DNA of 64,000 bases. Source: an uncultured virus (IMG/VR IMGVR_UViG_3300043811_000020). Its lineage: Duplodnaviria > Heunggongvirae > Uroviricota > Caudoviricetes. The stretch lies in the IMG/VR virus record IMGVR_UViG_3300043811_000020, one strand, 5' to 3'. The notes below the pieces were generated by a model. It saw nothing but the letters and a program-made list of their open reading frames with translations, made no database searches and was not told the origin of the DNA. A program made the translations under genes and the position numbers. Below are positions 9,685 to 20,570 of this stretch, piece by piece (positions within the stretch are counted from its first letter, which is position 1; each line of letters starts with the position of its first letter).

Positions 9685-9941
9685 GACGGATCACCCTTGG
9701 GCTTGCGCAGCACCTTCACGTCGATGTACGGGCGCTGCAAGCGTATCGTGCTCTGTAGGTACACGGCAGCTGCCGGGTTATGCGCTGTCACGCCGTACGC
9801 CCATGCGCTGGTCCCCCTTGCGCGTATGAATAGGTCGTAGTCATGCTTGCCGCGGTGCGCATTGTCCACCTTTTCACCTTCGAGCGGCTCAGCGACTTCC
9901 AGGAACACGCTGCGCGCTGCATTCACTGCTGACATGAACAA
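9681..9941 (-). CDS. Hypothetical protein
   Basis: 86-aa ORF in the early operon. Confidence 0.55.
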   Translation of the reverse strand: MFMSAVNAARSVFLEVAEPLEGEKVDNAHRGKHDYDLFIRARGTSAWAYGVTAHNPAAAVYLQSTIRLQRPYIDVKVLRKPKGDPS

Positions 9942-9970
9942 GCCCCTGTTGTTTGAGTAAATGAAAACCC

Positions 9971-10198
9971 TTACCCTCTAGGCGTATCGTCAGCCTTAAC
10001 GAAAGTCAAGATCGCTTCGATACGCGTAAGTATCGGCTCAAACGGCCCATAGCCGCCACCGTGCATACGCTTCAGGTCGTGGTTGCACGACCAACATACG
10101 ACAAGGCCGATGGCCTTGTCAGAGAAGCACCGCGGGCAGAACTTGAGCTTGCGGATCATCGGCTGGTTCGCTTGATCGGGCTTCGGTCGCTCGGTCAT
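9971..10198 (-). CDS. Small Zn-finger protein
   Basis: CPRC...CWSC; GGAG RBS. Confidence 0.6.
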   Translation of the reverse strand: MTERPKPDQANQPMIRKLKFCPRCFSDKAIGLVVCWSCNHDLKRMHGGGYGPFEPILTRIEAILTFVKADDTPRG

Positions 10199-10431
10199 GG
10201 AACAACTCTCCTGCGTTGCGTGCGTTGATGCGCTCGATGGCGCGTGTGAAGCACTCTCGCTCCACACGCGCCATCTCAATCGCGATGTCCTCTTGGGTGG
10301 GGGGACGGCCAATGAACATCGCGATTTAGTCCCGCGGATCAGCCCAGTGCAGCGGACCGTCTACGTCCGCCACACCGTGCTTCTCCTGCCTGAAGACACG
10401 TGCCGTGGTGCGATATGAGGGGCGGTTCATG

Positions 10432-10629
10432 TTACTGGCCCTCCCTGGTGATCCAGCGCGCCATACTGAGAGCGTCCTGCTCGGCAGTGGGCAGGTCCAC
10501 AACCTTGCTGTAATCGCCAACCATGAAGGCCAGCAGGTTCTCCGCGCGCGCTCTCCGGGCGAATGCTCCAACGCCCATGCGGGCAAAGTCACGTTCGAGG
10601 TCGTTTCGGTCTTTCCAGGTCTTGCTCAT
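10432..10629 (-). CDS. Hypothetical protein (first leftward early gene)
   Basis: AAAGGA RBS before ATG 10629. Confidence 0.6.
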   Translation of the reverse strand: MSKTWKDRNDLERDFARMGVGAFARRARAENLLAFMVGDYSKVVDLPTAEQDALSMARWITREGQ

Positions 10630-10739
10630 GGTCCGGTTCCTTTCAACCGTCTCGGCGGTTACCGCTGCGGTAACCAGGGGGGCGCCGCGGCGCGGATTTT
10701 GGGCGTCGGCGGCATCGCCGCCGCGTCGCACGCGCCCCG

Positions 10740-11530
10740 CTAGCGCGGTCTATCCCCAATACGGCAAGGAGAACAAGGACTTGGAGGGTGTGTGCGCAAG
10801 CACACACCCCTTGTACGGTCTCAAGGTGGCGCTTGCGCGCCTTGCATAGCTCAGACTAATGTCCCACATGAATGTGGCTTTTGTATGGGAGATCAACACA
10901 ATCTAATGGACAAAATGGCCTGGTTTTTTACACAGTGGGGGTAGGGCGTGGGGAGGTCATTAGAACCATTGGGGTGTATCGCGCATAGGTTGCAAAGGTG
11001 CGAAATGAGTACGATGTTCTTGTTGCGTTACTTGTTTTGTTCTCCTATTGAGGATATACCTTGCAACCTTTTGGCATTACAACCGGTTGCTGCTACTCTC
11101 GTCCCCGCGCTCTAGGCTGCTCTGCCGAAAAAGTGAGGCATTTTGGCATTACCCAGAACAAACCCGGAAACAAACGTTGAAAACATTGAACTTTTAATGT
11201 CCGAGCGCTTTCGGCCAATTGTCCATTAGTCGGCCATTAGATTTCAAATTGTCCGATATTTTCCCTTTACACCGTGCTACTCTGCGGTGAAAATGTGGCA
11301 CACCAGCAAGGTACTGAGGCGATAGGACTTTCGCCGTCTTATATGGCTCCTGATCGAGGCTGGGCGTAAACGCGCGTTTACGCCGAGCTATGCGTTTCGC
11401 GCATGGGTGGAACCGGCGTGTGTGAGGCGCGCAAGCGCGAGGCGGTGCGACGCAGCGACGGCGACCGGCAAGTCCGGACCGGCAAGTCCGCCGGCCGGCA
11501 AGTCCGCCGGCCGAACCCGAAAGGAACGCG
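10740..11530. promoter_or_regulatory. Non-coding divergence region (early promoters, origin or genome-end candidate)
   Basis: No convincing ORF; locally AT-richer; hairpins plus direct and inverted repeats; gene strand switches here. Confidence 0.65.
11465..11506 (+). repeat. 3 x CCGGCAAGTCCG direct repeats
   Basis: Copies at 11465, 11479, 11495. Confidence 0.9.
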
Positions 11531-11533
11531 ACA

Positions 11534-11719
11534 ATGACGAACGTGCATGTGGAACGCAAAGGCGACAAGCTGGTCCTGACCATCGACATTAGCGACGCGA
11601 TGCGTGCGAAGGCGGAGCCTTCGAAGTCTGGCAAGACCAAGGTACTCGCGAGCACGCACGGCTTTACCCCGGTCGAGGGTGTGGGCATCAGCCTCAACCT
11701 CAACGCTACGGTGAAGTGA
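11534..11719 (+). CDS. Small conserved-type protein (PSKSGKTKVLASTHG)
   Basis: AAGGA RBS; PS.SGK..vAST motif recurrent in small phage proteins. Confidence 0.75.
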   Translation: MTNVHVERKGDKLVLTIDISDAMRAKAEPSKSGKTKVLASTHGFTPVEGVGISLNLNATVK

Positions 11720-11738
11720 GACCGTGCGACGCGGCGAT

Positions 11739-11763
11739 GGTGAGACCCCGAAAGGGTCTCACC
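11739..11763 (+). terminator. 10-bp stem-loop downstream of 11534..11719
   Basis: GGTGAGACCC-CGAAA-GGGTCTCACC. Confidence 0.55.
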
Positions 11764-11870
11764 TTCCCACCCTGGTCTAGGCGAGGGTACTCCACCCCCC
11801 GCCTGTCCAGGGGCGTGTTTGCGCTTTGCGCAAACCCCACGCGCAAATCTGTAGCCCCAATTTTAGCTTG

Positions 11871-11885
11871 TTAATCTTATGTTAA
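11871..11885. promoter_or_regulatory. CtrA-type box TTAA-N7-TTAA
   Basis: TTAA TCTTATG TTAA, intergenic, upstream of the rightward late genes. Confidence 0.75.
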
Positions 11886-11933
11886 GGTGACACGGTAACG
11901 GTCCATTCACACTTGAACCCCAGGAGCTTCCCA

Positions 11934-12224
11934 ATGTCCTACTCGTTCAGCATCCAATATGCCACGAAGGAAGGCGCCATCGCCGGCGTCGTCACCGAAT
12001 TGAACAAGGTCGTTGCCAACCAGCCTGAGCACGCCAAGGACGTGCCGGCGGTGAAGGAGGCAGCGAAGACGTTCATCAACAGACTGGCCGATCCAGGAGA
12101 CAAGGACGAAGTACGGGTCGTGATGCACGGCTCGCTCGGATGGCGCGCCGACAGATCGATCTATAGCGCGAACGTGTCCATCAGCTGCGGCATCAGTCAG
12201 GGCGACCCAGTTACCGCACGGTAA
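11934..12224 (+). CDS. Hypothetical protein
   Basis: AGGAG RBS; its stop codon lies inside a copy of the palindromic motif. Confidence 0.75.
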   Translation: MSYSFSIQYATKEGAIAGVVTELNKVVANQPEHAKDVPAVKEAAKTFINRLADPGDKDEVRVVMHGSLGWRADRSIYSANVSISCGISQGDPVTAR

Positions 12225-12295
12225 CAGATCGCGCCGATACTCTCCCGGCGCGCTTGCGCGCCCCCTTTCACGCGTAGAGCCTTCGGGAGAGTTCC

Positions 12296-12682
12296 ATGTC
12301 GCCACCCCTTACGTCAGAGCCGGTCGAGAACCAGTATTATCCCGGCGGCCCGCTCCAGCAGGTCATGGACTGGGCGCAAGCCAACTTTGGTAACACAGGC
12401 GCCACCGGCCCGGCTTCATCGGGGGGCATCACCGGTCCGACCGGCGGCTTCCAGATCGGCAACATCAAGTTCAACTGGGGCACCATTGCCGCGCAGCCCA
12501 CCGTCGCGACTGGGCCGACCGGCGTGTTCGCCATCCCGTACACGGACGGCGCACCCATGGTCATCGTGTCGGACATGCCCTTCCTGCCGACTGGCACAAC
12601 GGGCGGCCTTGTCACCGTGTCGAAGACGGGCTTGCAGATCAACGGTACCGGACCGGCGAACTGGATCGCCGTCGGGACGTAA
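12296..12682 (+). CDS. Virion/fibre-associated protein (short Gly-X-Thr stretch, fibre C-terminal-like domain)
   Basis: GATGP/GITGPTG repeats; IKFNWG...FAIPY resembles LILQWG...FPIAF of 35651..36430. Confidence 0.65.
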   Translation: MSPPLTSEPVENQYYPGGPLQQVMDWAQANFGNTGATGPASSGGITGPTGGFQIGNIKFNWGTIAAQPTVATGPTGVFAIPYTDGAPMVIVSDMPFLPTGTTGGLVTVSKTGLQINGTGPANWIAVGT

Positions 12683-12705
12683 CGGGGGCGCGCCGGGAGT
12701 AGCCC

Positions 12706-12954
12706 ATGAGCACGCTCGTCGACCATCGCAAACCGGTGCGGATCGTCGCGTTAAACGTGAAGAACGTGCAGCACCTCAAGACGGTGAACATCCTGGCGAG
12801 TGCCCCTGCCGGCGTTCGGCAGAGCATTAAAGAATGCCTCCAACTCACCGCGGCGCAAGCGCAGGTGCAGCACCAGCCGACGTACATGGACGGATCGGCA
12901 AGCCCTTCGGGCTTGCCTACCATCTTCATCAACGGGTACACTGCGCCGAATTGA
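12706..12954 (+). CDS. Hypothetical protein
   Basis: GGGAG RBS, 82 aa. Confidence 0.65.
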   Translation: MSTLVDHRKPVRIVALNVKNVQHLKTVNILASAPAGVRQSIKECLQLTAAQAQVQHQPTYMDGSASPSGLPTIFINGYTAPN

Positions 12955-12976
12955 CCGCTCCATACAGGAGGCTCTC

Positions 12977-13396
12977 ATGCGCAGGTGGCTCCGATGGCAC
13001 GAAGGTGAAATCATCCTCGGCGTGTTTGTTGTCGTGATGACGCTGTGGTTTTTCCCGGCGCATGCTCGGGGCGGTGATGCGGGGCGATGGGGTTGGGTCG
13101 ACCCTGAAACGCGTAAATGGTTTGCGGAAGTGACTATTCCGGGCAACGGCAAGCAGTCCTGTTGCGGTCTCGGGGACGCCGTGCAGGTGGAGATACTGTC
13201 CAGCACCGAGAACGAGTTCCTCGTGCGAGTAGTCGACGGTCAAGGTGTCGTGGTCGACGGGACCGAGATCAGCGTGCCACGCGGGAAGCTTCAAACAGCG
13301 TATGGTAATCCCATCGGCGTGCTGATACTGTTCGTCGGCACGGGTGACGAAGGCGAGATCAATCCGCTCTGCCTGATCCCGTTGCCTGGAACCTAA
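12977..13396 (+). CDS. Exported/membrane-anchored Cys-containing protein
   Basis: AGGAGG RBS; N-terminal hydrophobic segment ending AHA; SCC motif. Confidence 0.7.
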   Translation: MRRWLRWHEGEIILGVFVVVMTLWFFPAHARGGDAGRWGWVDPETRKWFAEVTIPGNGKQSCCGLGDAVQVEILSSTENEFLVRVVDGQGVVVDGTEISVPRGKLQTAYGNPIGVLILFVGTGDEGEINPLCLIPLPGT

Positions 13397-13408
13397 AAGG
13401 AGGGTACA

Positions 13409-13744
13409 ATGGAGGCCAAGCGATACGTTGCGATGATAATCGCCGCGGCCATGCTGGTGGTCGGCGGCCGGATGATCGAGCGCGCGTGGGGACAGGGTCA
13501 GCCGCGCGAGGAATGGACCGTCGAGGTTGACGTACAGATCGACGCTGGCGAGCCGGACAAACTGTACCGCAGCGCGCACTTCCCGAGCGAAGGCGCGTGT
13601 ACCGAGTTCGTGCTCAGCCCCGCGTTCCAGACGGAGCTTCTCGCGCTCCTGAACGCGATCCAGGACAATACTGTCGGCGGCCACGGGGTCAGCGTGAGCA
13701 ACTTCACGTGCGTGAAGGTGCCGGACGAGGGCGAGCCCGCATAA
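13409..13744 (+). CDS. Exported hypothetical protein
   Basis: AGGAGG RBS; signal-peptide-like N-terminus. Confidence 0.7.
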   Translation: MEAKRYVAMIIAAAMLVVGGRMIERAWGQGQPREEWTVEVDVQIDAGEPDKLYRSAHFPSEGACTEFVLSPAFQTELLALLNAIQDNTVGGHGVSVSNFTCVKVPDEGEPA

Positions 13745-13754
13745 GAAGGTTCCA

Positions 13755-15731
<1,977 letters not shown>

Positions 15732-15898
15732 GGCATTCGTTACCGTCACGGTAATAGCGTTCCGGGGCTGGCCGCGGCCGAGTTGCATCGAGCGGCCTCC
15801 CGGATGAACCCGGCGCAGCCGGCATCCGTTGGGGAGAGGCCCGCTGCGGCCAGCACTTGCCCTTGACGTGCGGAGAATGAAGGACTTAATCTCCGCAC

Positions 15899-16471
15899 AT
15901 GGTTGAGGACCCTAACGAGGGCTTGGTCAAGCTCAGCGTTCGCGCCGCGAACGAGGGTATTCCCATTTCCGCCATCGGCCGGATACTTTCGGCGACGTTT
16001 GAAGACGTGCACGAGTGGCTGAGCTATGCGCTGAGCATTGGACAGATCGGGCAGATGCCGCGACCGGACTGGCCGCCGGCGGCGAAGTGGTCAGACCGGC
16101 TCCCTGGGGCGCCGCGGTGCCTGAACCCCGACGACGCTGAACTCCAGTGTACGAAAGTGTTCCGGCTCACGCCATTGGAGAGCGGCTTTCTCAAAGCGCT
16201 CCTCCAGCACAGTTTCGTCTCCAAGGAAACCCTCCATGGCATCGCGAAGCACCAGCGCTTTACGCGCATGTCGATGCCGAACTCCACGGAAGATACCGAC
16301 CCCAAGATCGTGGATGTCATCATCTGCAAGCTGCGCAAGAAGCTCCGGGAGTACGACCCGGAGTTCGAAATTCAGACGATCCGTAGTAAGGGTTACTACT
16401 TCGACCCGGGCGTGAAGCAGAAGCTCTTTGACAAGGTGACGGACCATGAGTGCGGCGCCAGTCGGAACTGA
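15899..16471 (+). CDS. OmpR/PhoB-type winged-helix regulator, CtrA-like DNA-binding domain, no receiver domain
   Basis: TDPKIVDVIICKLRKKL...IQTIRSKGYY parallels the CtrA recognition helix KIIDVFICKLRKKL and wing IETVWGRGY. Confidence 0.85.
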   Translation: MVEDPNEGLVKLSVRAANEGIPISAIGRILSATFEDVHEWLSYALSIGQIGQMPRPDWPPAAKWSDRLPGAPRCLNPDDAELQCTKVFRLTPLESGFLKALLQHSFVSKETLHGIAKHQRFTRMSMPNSTEDTDPKIVDVIICKLRKKLREYDPEFEIQTIRSKGYYFDPGVKQKLFDKVTDHECGASRN

Positions 16472-16835
16472 TCCGAAGATCAACGAGCAGGGCCTTCTCA
16501 TGCTCCTGCGGGACGAGGGCACGCCGCTCACCCCAAACGGCGTTCGAACGGCCCTCTCCCTTATGGTGCTCGGGTGCTACGACCGTAGCGTGAAGCGCCG
16601 CTTCTTTTCCGAAGTGCTGGATATGGCTGCGCTGGTGGGCGTCACGATTGCGGACATGGAGAGTGCGATGCGCCTGCGCGCCGTTCTATTGAAGGTTGAT
16701 CCCGACCGACACCCAGAAGTGCTCGACGCCGAGATTGCGAAGCTCCAGTCCAAGTGGAAGGGGCAGCGCCGCGAACTCGCCGAGAAGTGGGCGCTGGTGT
16801 GTGAATGCCCCACATCCCAGGATAGTATCTCTTAA
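16446..16835 (+). CDS. Hypothetical protein
   Basis: 129-aa ORF overlapping the regulator gene. Confidence 0.65.
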   Translation: MSAAPVGTDPKINEQGLLMLLRDEGTPLTPNGVRTALSLMVLGCYDRSVKRRFFSEVLDMAALVGVTIADMESAMRLRAVLLKVDPDRHPEVLDAEIAKLQSKWKGQRRELAEKWALVCECPTSQDSIS

Positions 16836-16872
16836 CTCTCCCGCATCTAAGGTTCGGGAAAGTGAGGGCGTC

Positions 16873-17214
16873 ATGGGCAGCCACCCCGTAGGTTACACGC
16901 TGGACGCGGCCGGGCTTCTTGCGATCCTGGGAGCGCTCCTTGGCTGGATTTCGCCGATAGCGGCCCTGATCGCTATTCTCTGGTACAGCATTCAGATTTG
17001 GGAGAGCCGCACGGTCCAGACGTGGGTACAGAAACGCCACGAGCGCCGGCTTGTGCGGTTGGCGGCTAAACTGGCAGCGCTCCAGCTGCGCACAGCGGCC
17101 TCAGCGGCCAGCATGGAATTGAAGGGTGCGGCTCAAGCGGCTGCGCAGACATTGAGACAGGACGCGAAGAAAGCCGTGTCCGACGCCGAGCAGGCTCCTA
17201 AGTCCATCCCCTAG
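16873..17214 (+). CDS. Membrane protein (holin-like) with C-terminal coiled coil
   Basis: Hydrophobic N-terminal half, then IQIWESRTVQ; GAGG RBS. Confidence 0.7.
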   Translation: MGSHPVGYTLDAAGLLAILGALLGWISPIAALIAILWYSIQIWESRTVQTWVQKRHERRLVRLAAKLAALQLRTAASAASMELKGAAQAAAQTLRQDAKKAVSDAEQAPKSIP

Positions 17215-18691
17215 CGCTGATACCGGCTGTGTTCCCCGGGCGCCGCGGCGCCATGTAGGACCGAATGTACGGCATCATTCCGCCGTGAACCACCAACGAC
17301 ACGTACTGCAAGTCATCCACCACGTGCGAGAACGCCACGATCTGCCCGTTTATCGTCGTGCCGTTGAGCTTGTCCGGCACCGGCTTGAGCGTCCCGGTCT
17401 TCTCCTTGGTGAACCTGTAGCCGCCCGAGAGCGCCCGGATAAGGTGCGGGCACCCGTGGCGGTTGATCATGAGAGTAGGTCCGCCATTCGTCTGACGGCC
17501 AAGTAACGCCTCCACTGCGCGTAGTCGAGGTTCAATATCGTTCGTCGGCGCCGGGAAGGCAGGGAAGCCCATACGCTTGATCGCATCAAAGCAGCTTTCC
17601 TCCGAGATTGAGTTCTTGGCGACACCCGACGGGTCGCCGACGATGGCGACTTTGAACCCGAGATACTGGTCGCGCATGAGCGCGGGACGGAGCGATTGTG
17701 CAACATGTTTTTCAAGCCCTACATTGAGGCCGGGGACTTCCTCGTGCACGATCAGGCGACCCATGTGATCCGGCTGGCAGATCAGCGACCACGGGTTCCT
17801 GCCGAAGTCCTGGCCGATCAGGAGCGGAAACCCTGGTATGAGCAGCGTCTCGTCCACGATGTGGAAGTTCGAGCGAAAGGTGTTCTTGAAGACCGCTTGG
17901 CCAGACGGGTCATCGCCGTACTGGGCGTAGACATAGCGCTTCACCCAGTCGCTCTCGGCGCCGTACATGTTGATGAAGCGCTCGTAGTATTTGCGCCCTT
18001 GCGCGATGCGCACCGGGTGGTTTGGCGGAAGCTTGATGGTCTGGTCGGTCTGCACGAGCCACTCAAGGTTCTCGGCGTCCAGCGCGATGCCGCTCGGCTG
18101 GAAAAACCGCATCCAGTCCGGCGGGAGGTTTTCGAGGAAGTTATGCCAGGGCGTCATCTCGGTCGGCATGTTCGTGTCGGCGACCATACCGAACCACGAC
18201 GGGTTGCCGCGCGCTCCGCTTGGGTAGCGCCCGAGCCGGCCTGATACGGGGCCGAGGATGCTGATGTCCATCTCGATGCACTCGGACAACCATGCGCCGG
18301 TCAGCTGCATCGACAGGAGCCGGGCTTGGTCTTCGGCGTCTTCGAGAGGCAGGAAGACCCATTCGCTGCGAATGTCGTCAAAGAGCACGTGGTAGGTGCT
18401 GTCGCTGACCTTCCAGGAGCCCAGGCCGTGGGAGCCTAGCCACGTCTCGCAGTCCTTGAGCACGGTGTCTTTCAGCTGCTTTAGCGTTTGTCGCACGACC
18501 GCGAAGCGGGTGTACCGATACCCGTCATGTCCCGGGGCTTGGCCTAGCGCCCGGCGCAGAAGTTCCATCATGCAGGCGGTGGTCTTGCCCGAGCCGACCG
18601 GGCCGGCGATGATCCGGCCGTAGGCGTTGGACTTCATGAAGCTCGCGGCGGTGGGGGACGCTGTGAACTCTAAGTCTGCCACGTCATCCAC
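17198..18691 (-). CDS. terL: Terminase large subunit
   Basis: Walker A GPVGSGKT, Walker B-like GAWLSE, DTN, RNase-H-like GQDFG and SHVVDDLQY. Confidence 0.93.
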   Translation of the reverse strand: MDDVADLEFTASPTAASFMKSNAYGRIIAGPVGSGKTTACMMELLRRALGQAPGHDGYRYTRFAVVRQTLKQLKDTVLKDCETWLGSHGLGSWKVSDSTYHVLFDDIRSEWVFLPLEDAEDQARLLSMQLTGAWLSECIEMDISILGPVSGRLGRYPSGARGNPSWFGMVADTNMPTEMTPWHNFLENLPPDWMRFFQPSGIALDAENLEWLVQTDQTIKLPPNHPVRIAQGRKYYERFINMYGAESDWVKRYVYAQYGDDPSGQAVFKNTFRSNFHIVDETLLIPGFPLLIGQDFGRNPWSLICQPDHMGRLIVHEEVPGLNVGLEKHVAQSLRPALMRDQYLGFKVAIVGDPSGVAKNSISEESCFDAIKRMGFPAFPAPTNDIEPRLRAVEALLGRQTNGGPTLMINRHGCPHLIRALSGGYRFTKEKTGTLKPVPDKLNGTTINGQIVAFSHVVDDLQYVSLVVHGGMMPYIRSYMAPRRPGNTAGISARGWT

Positions 18692-19776
18692 TCCTTGCCC
18701 ATAAGCTCGGCTTGCTTACGGCCTTCGAGGTATACTTGCCAGTGGGCAGTGATGCCGTGCTCGGGGTGGGTGAACCACAGGGCCTGCGACGGCCGCGAGT
18801 ACGGTGCGCGCAGCTGTAGGTGGGCATATTCGTCGAACCCCTTGAGGCTGTTGTTCACGACCAGTCCCGGCAGCGTGATGTACTGGTGCCAATGACAGCA
18901 GATCAGCGTATCGAACTCACGCCCGAGTTGGTGCTCACTCCTGCCGACTTTGAGGGAGCCGCGCATGATCGGGCCGAGCGCGCCAATAATCCCATCGCCG
19001 CCTTTAACTCCCAGGCTGTCACCATGCGTGAGGAGATAGCGGTGCCCGTACATGGTGAAGCGGGCGTCGGCTTCGTTGGGGACGAGGAACTTGATGCGTT
19101 TTTCACGGCGGAAGTCTCGTTCCAGGTTGCAGTAGATCGACCAGTCGTAGTTGGTGAAGACGCGGTTCTTCATCCGCATCTTGTGAGTGCTGCGCCCATG
19201 ATTACCAACAACACAAGGAACGAAGACACGTCCAAACTTACCCGCCATGGTTTCAAGGCCGGCGCCCAGGAGATCGGTAAGGTCGTGTACTGATTGGTGT
19301 GGAGTTCGATCATTCGTCGCAAGAAGTTCTTCATGGATGTCGCCTCCGATCATATCGCCGCCGAGACAGACGACGATCCCGGGGTACGCGACGCTGGCGC
19401 GCCCCATGTGATTGAAGCACAGGTCTATGGTGGTGTCGACCAGCCGGTGGAACCGGTCCCTGGCGACGTTCATATTGAACTTGTTGACACCGCCAACCTG
19501 ATCCGGGTCGATCACCTCGCCGTAGTGGAAGTCCGACCAGACGGTGATGGGGCCGCCGCGGGAGCCGTTCTTGACGCCCTTTCCGCTGATCCAGTCAGGC
19601 GGGTCGACGGAGTGCGCCGCGAGGTTCCAAATCTCCTGCCGGATGGCCTCGGCAGTGTCTTCTTTGCGTTGAAGGTCCTGGGTTTGCTTCTTCAAGCTGT
19701 TGATTTCGATGTTTTTCTTGCGCAGAAGCTCATTGGCGTCCATGAGCATTTCAGTTTCAGTCTTTCGAAAGGACAT
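18670..19776 (-). CDS. Calcineurin-like metallophosphoesterase with N-terminal coiled coil
   Basis: SDFH, GGDMIGGD, GNHG, THGD and CHWH motifs. Confidence 0.85.
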   Translation of the reverse strand: MSFRKTETEMLMDANELLRKKNIEINSLKKQTQDLQRKEDTAEAIRQEIWNLAAHSVDPPDWISGKGVKNGSRGGPITVWSDFHYGEVIDPDQVGGVNKFNMNVARDRFHRLVDTTIDLCFNHMGRASVAYPGIVVCLGGDMIGGDIHEELLATNDRTPHQSVHDLTDLLGAGLETMAGKFGRVFVPCVVGNHGRSTHKMRMKNRVFTNYDWSIYCNLERDFRREKRIKFLVPNEADARFTMYGHRYLLTHGDSLGVKGGDGIIGALGPIMRGSLKVGRSEHQLGREFDTLICCHWHQYITLPGLVVNNSLKGFDEYAHLQLRAPYSRPSQALWFTHPEHGITAHWQVYLEGRKQAELMGKEWMTWQT

Positions 19777-19999
19777 GAGCTTTGCTCCTAAACCGGTAGG
19801 TGCGTTCGATACCTAGCGGACTTGTATTGTAGCTCCGATGACGTTCTCGATACCGTGGGGACGTACGTTGCATGTCCCGCCCTCGTGGCGAATGTCTATA
19901 TTTCTTAGACCGTTGGCGGTTACTTTCTACACCGCGTGGTGACGTGGCCCATGCCTTTTCCTTTGCTCTATTGAGGGGGTTCAAGCGATAAAGTCTCAT
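19757..19999 (-). CDS. Basic protein with SPR/SPxG repeats (possible homing-endonuclease remnant)
   Basis: TSPRG, HSPRG, TSPRY, TSPLG repeats; lower GC; start uncertain. Confidence 0.45.
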   Translation of the reverse strand: MRLYRLNPLNRAKEKAWATSPRGVESNRQRSKKYRHSPRGRDMQRTSPRYRERHRSYNTSPLGIERTYRFRSKAHVLSKD

Positions 20000-20567
20000 G
20001 CGCTCCCTCTGGCGCTGTAATATTTGGTCCCGTGTCAATTTGGATGACGGGTCGTCGTTCTTTCTCGAATTTCTCAACGTCGGCCCCGAGATTAATGGTG
20101 ATTTTGAACTTCTCGCCCGGCGTAGCGGTTTGGGCTTGTTCGCCGAGGCCGCCGATTTTCGCGAGGAAGGCTGCGAGTTGAACGACACTGGACAGCGGCT
20201 CCGTTTTGGTCCCCAGGCGGGCGACTACATCCGGGAGCTTGTCCTCTAGCGCAATCAGTGCTTCGAGCGCAAGACGTTTGGGGGTATTCGCCGCCGTATT
20301 CCATTCGGTGGTCATGGCGTCGAGGGTGCGCTTGAAGTAGTCGTTGGCGCACATCATGGCGTACTGCGCTTCCGTCACGTTATGCTTCTTCAGGATTTCG
20401 GGGAGCGGGAACATCTGTTGCGCCAGTTCGCGCATGAACGCGAATGAGCGCTTCAAGTCCCATCCGGCGGGCAGCGCCCCTGCCGGGATTGCCGCGGCGG
20501 GTACCGGGAGAGGCGCCGGGTTTGGAGTTCCGCTAAGAAGTCCAGTGTCAATGAGCGTATCGGACAT
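19968..20567 (-). CDS. Putative terminase small subunit
   Basis: Same strand as and upstream of terL; helical with C-terminal FKITINLG. Confidence 0.65.
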   Translation of the reverse strand: MSDTLIDTGLLSGTPNPAPLPVPAAAIPAGALPAGWDLKRSFAFMRELAQQMFPLPEILKKHNVTEAQYAMMCANDYFKRTLDAMTTEWNTAANTPKRLALEALIALEDKLPDVVARLGTKTEPLSSVVQLAAFLAKIGGLGEQAQTATPGEKFKITINLGADVEKFEKERRPVIQIDTGPNITAPEGAHETLSLEPPQ

Positions 20568-20570
20568 TTC

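Noticed and set aside
11720..11930. Possible tRNA among the hairpins
   Set aside because: No cloverleaf, T-loop GTTCRA or CCA end recognisable.
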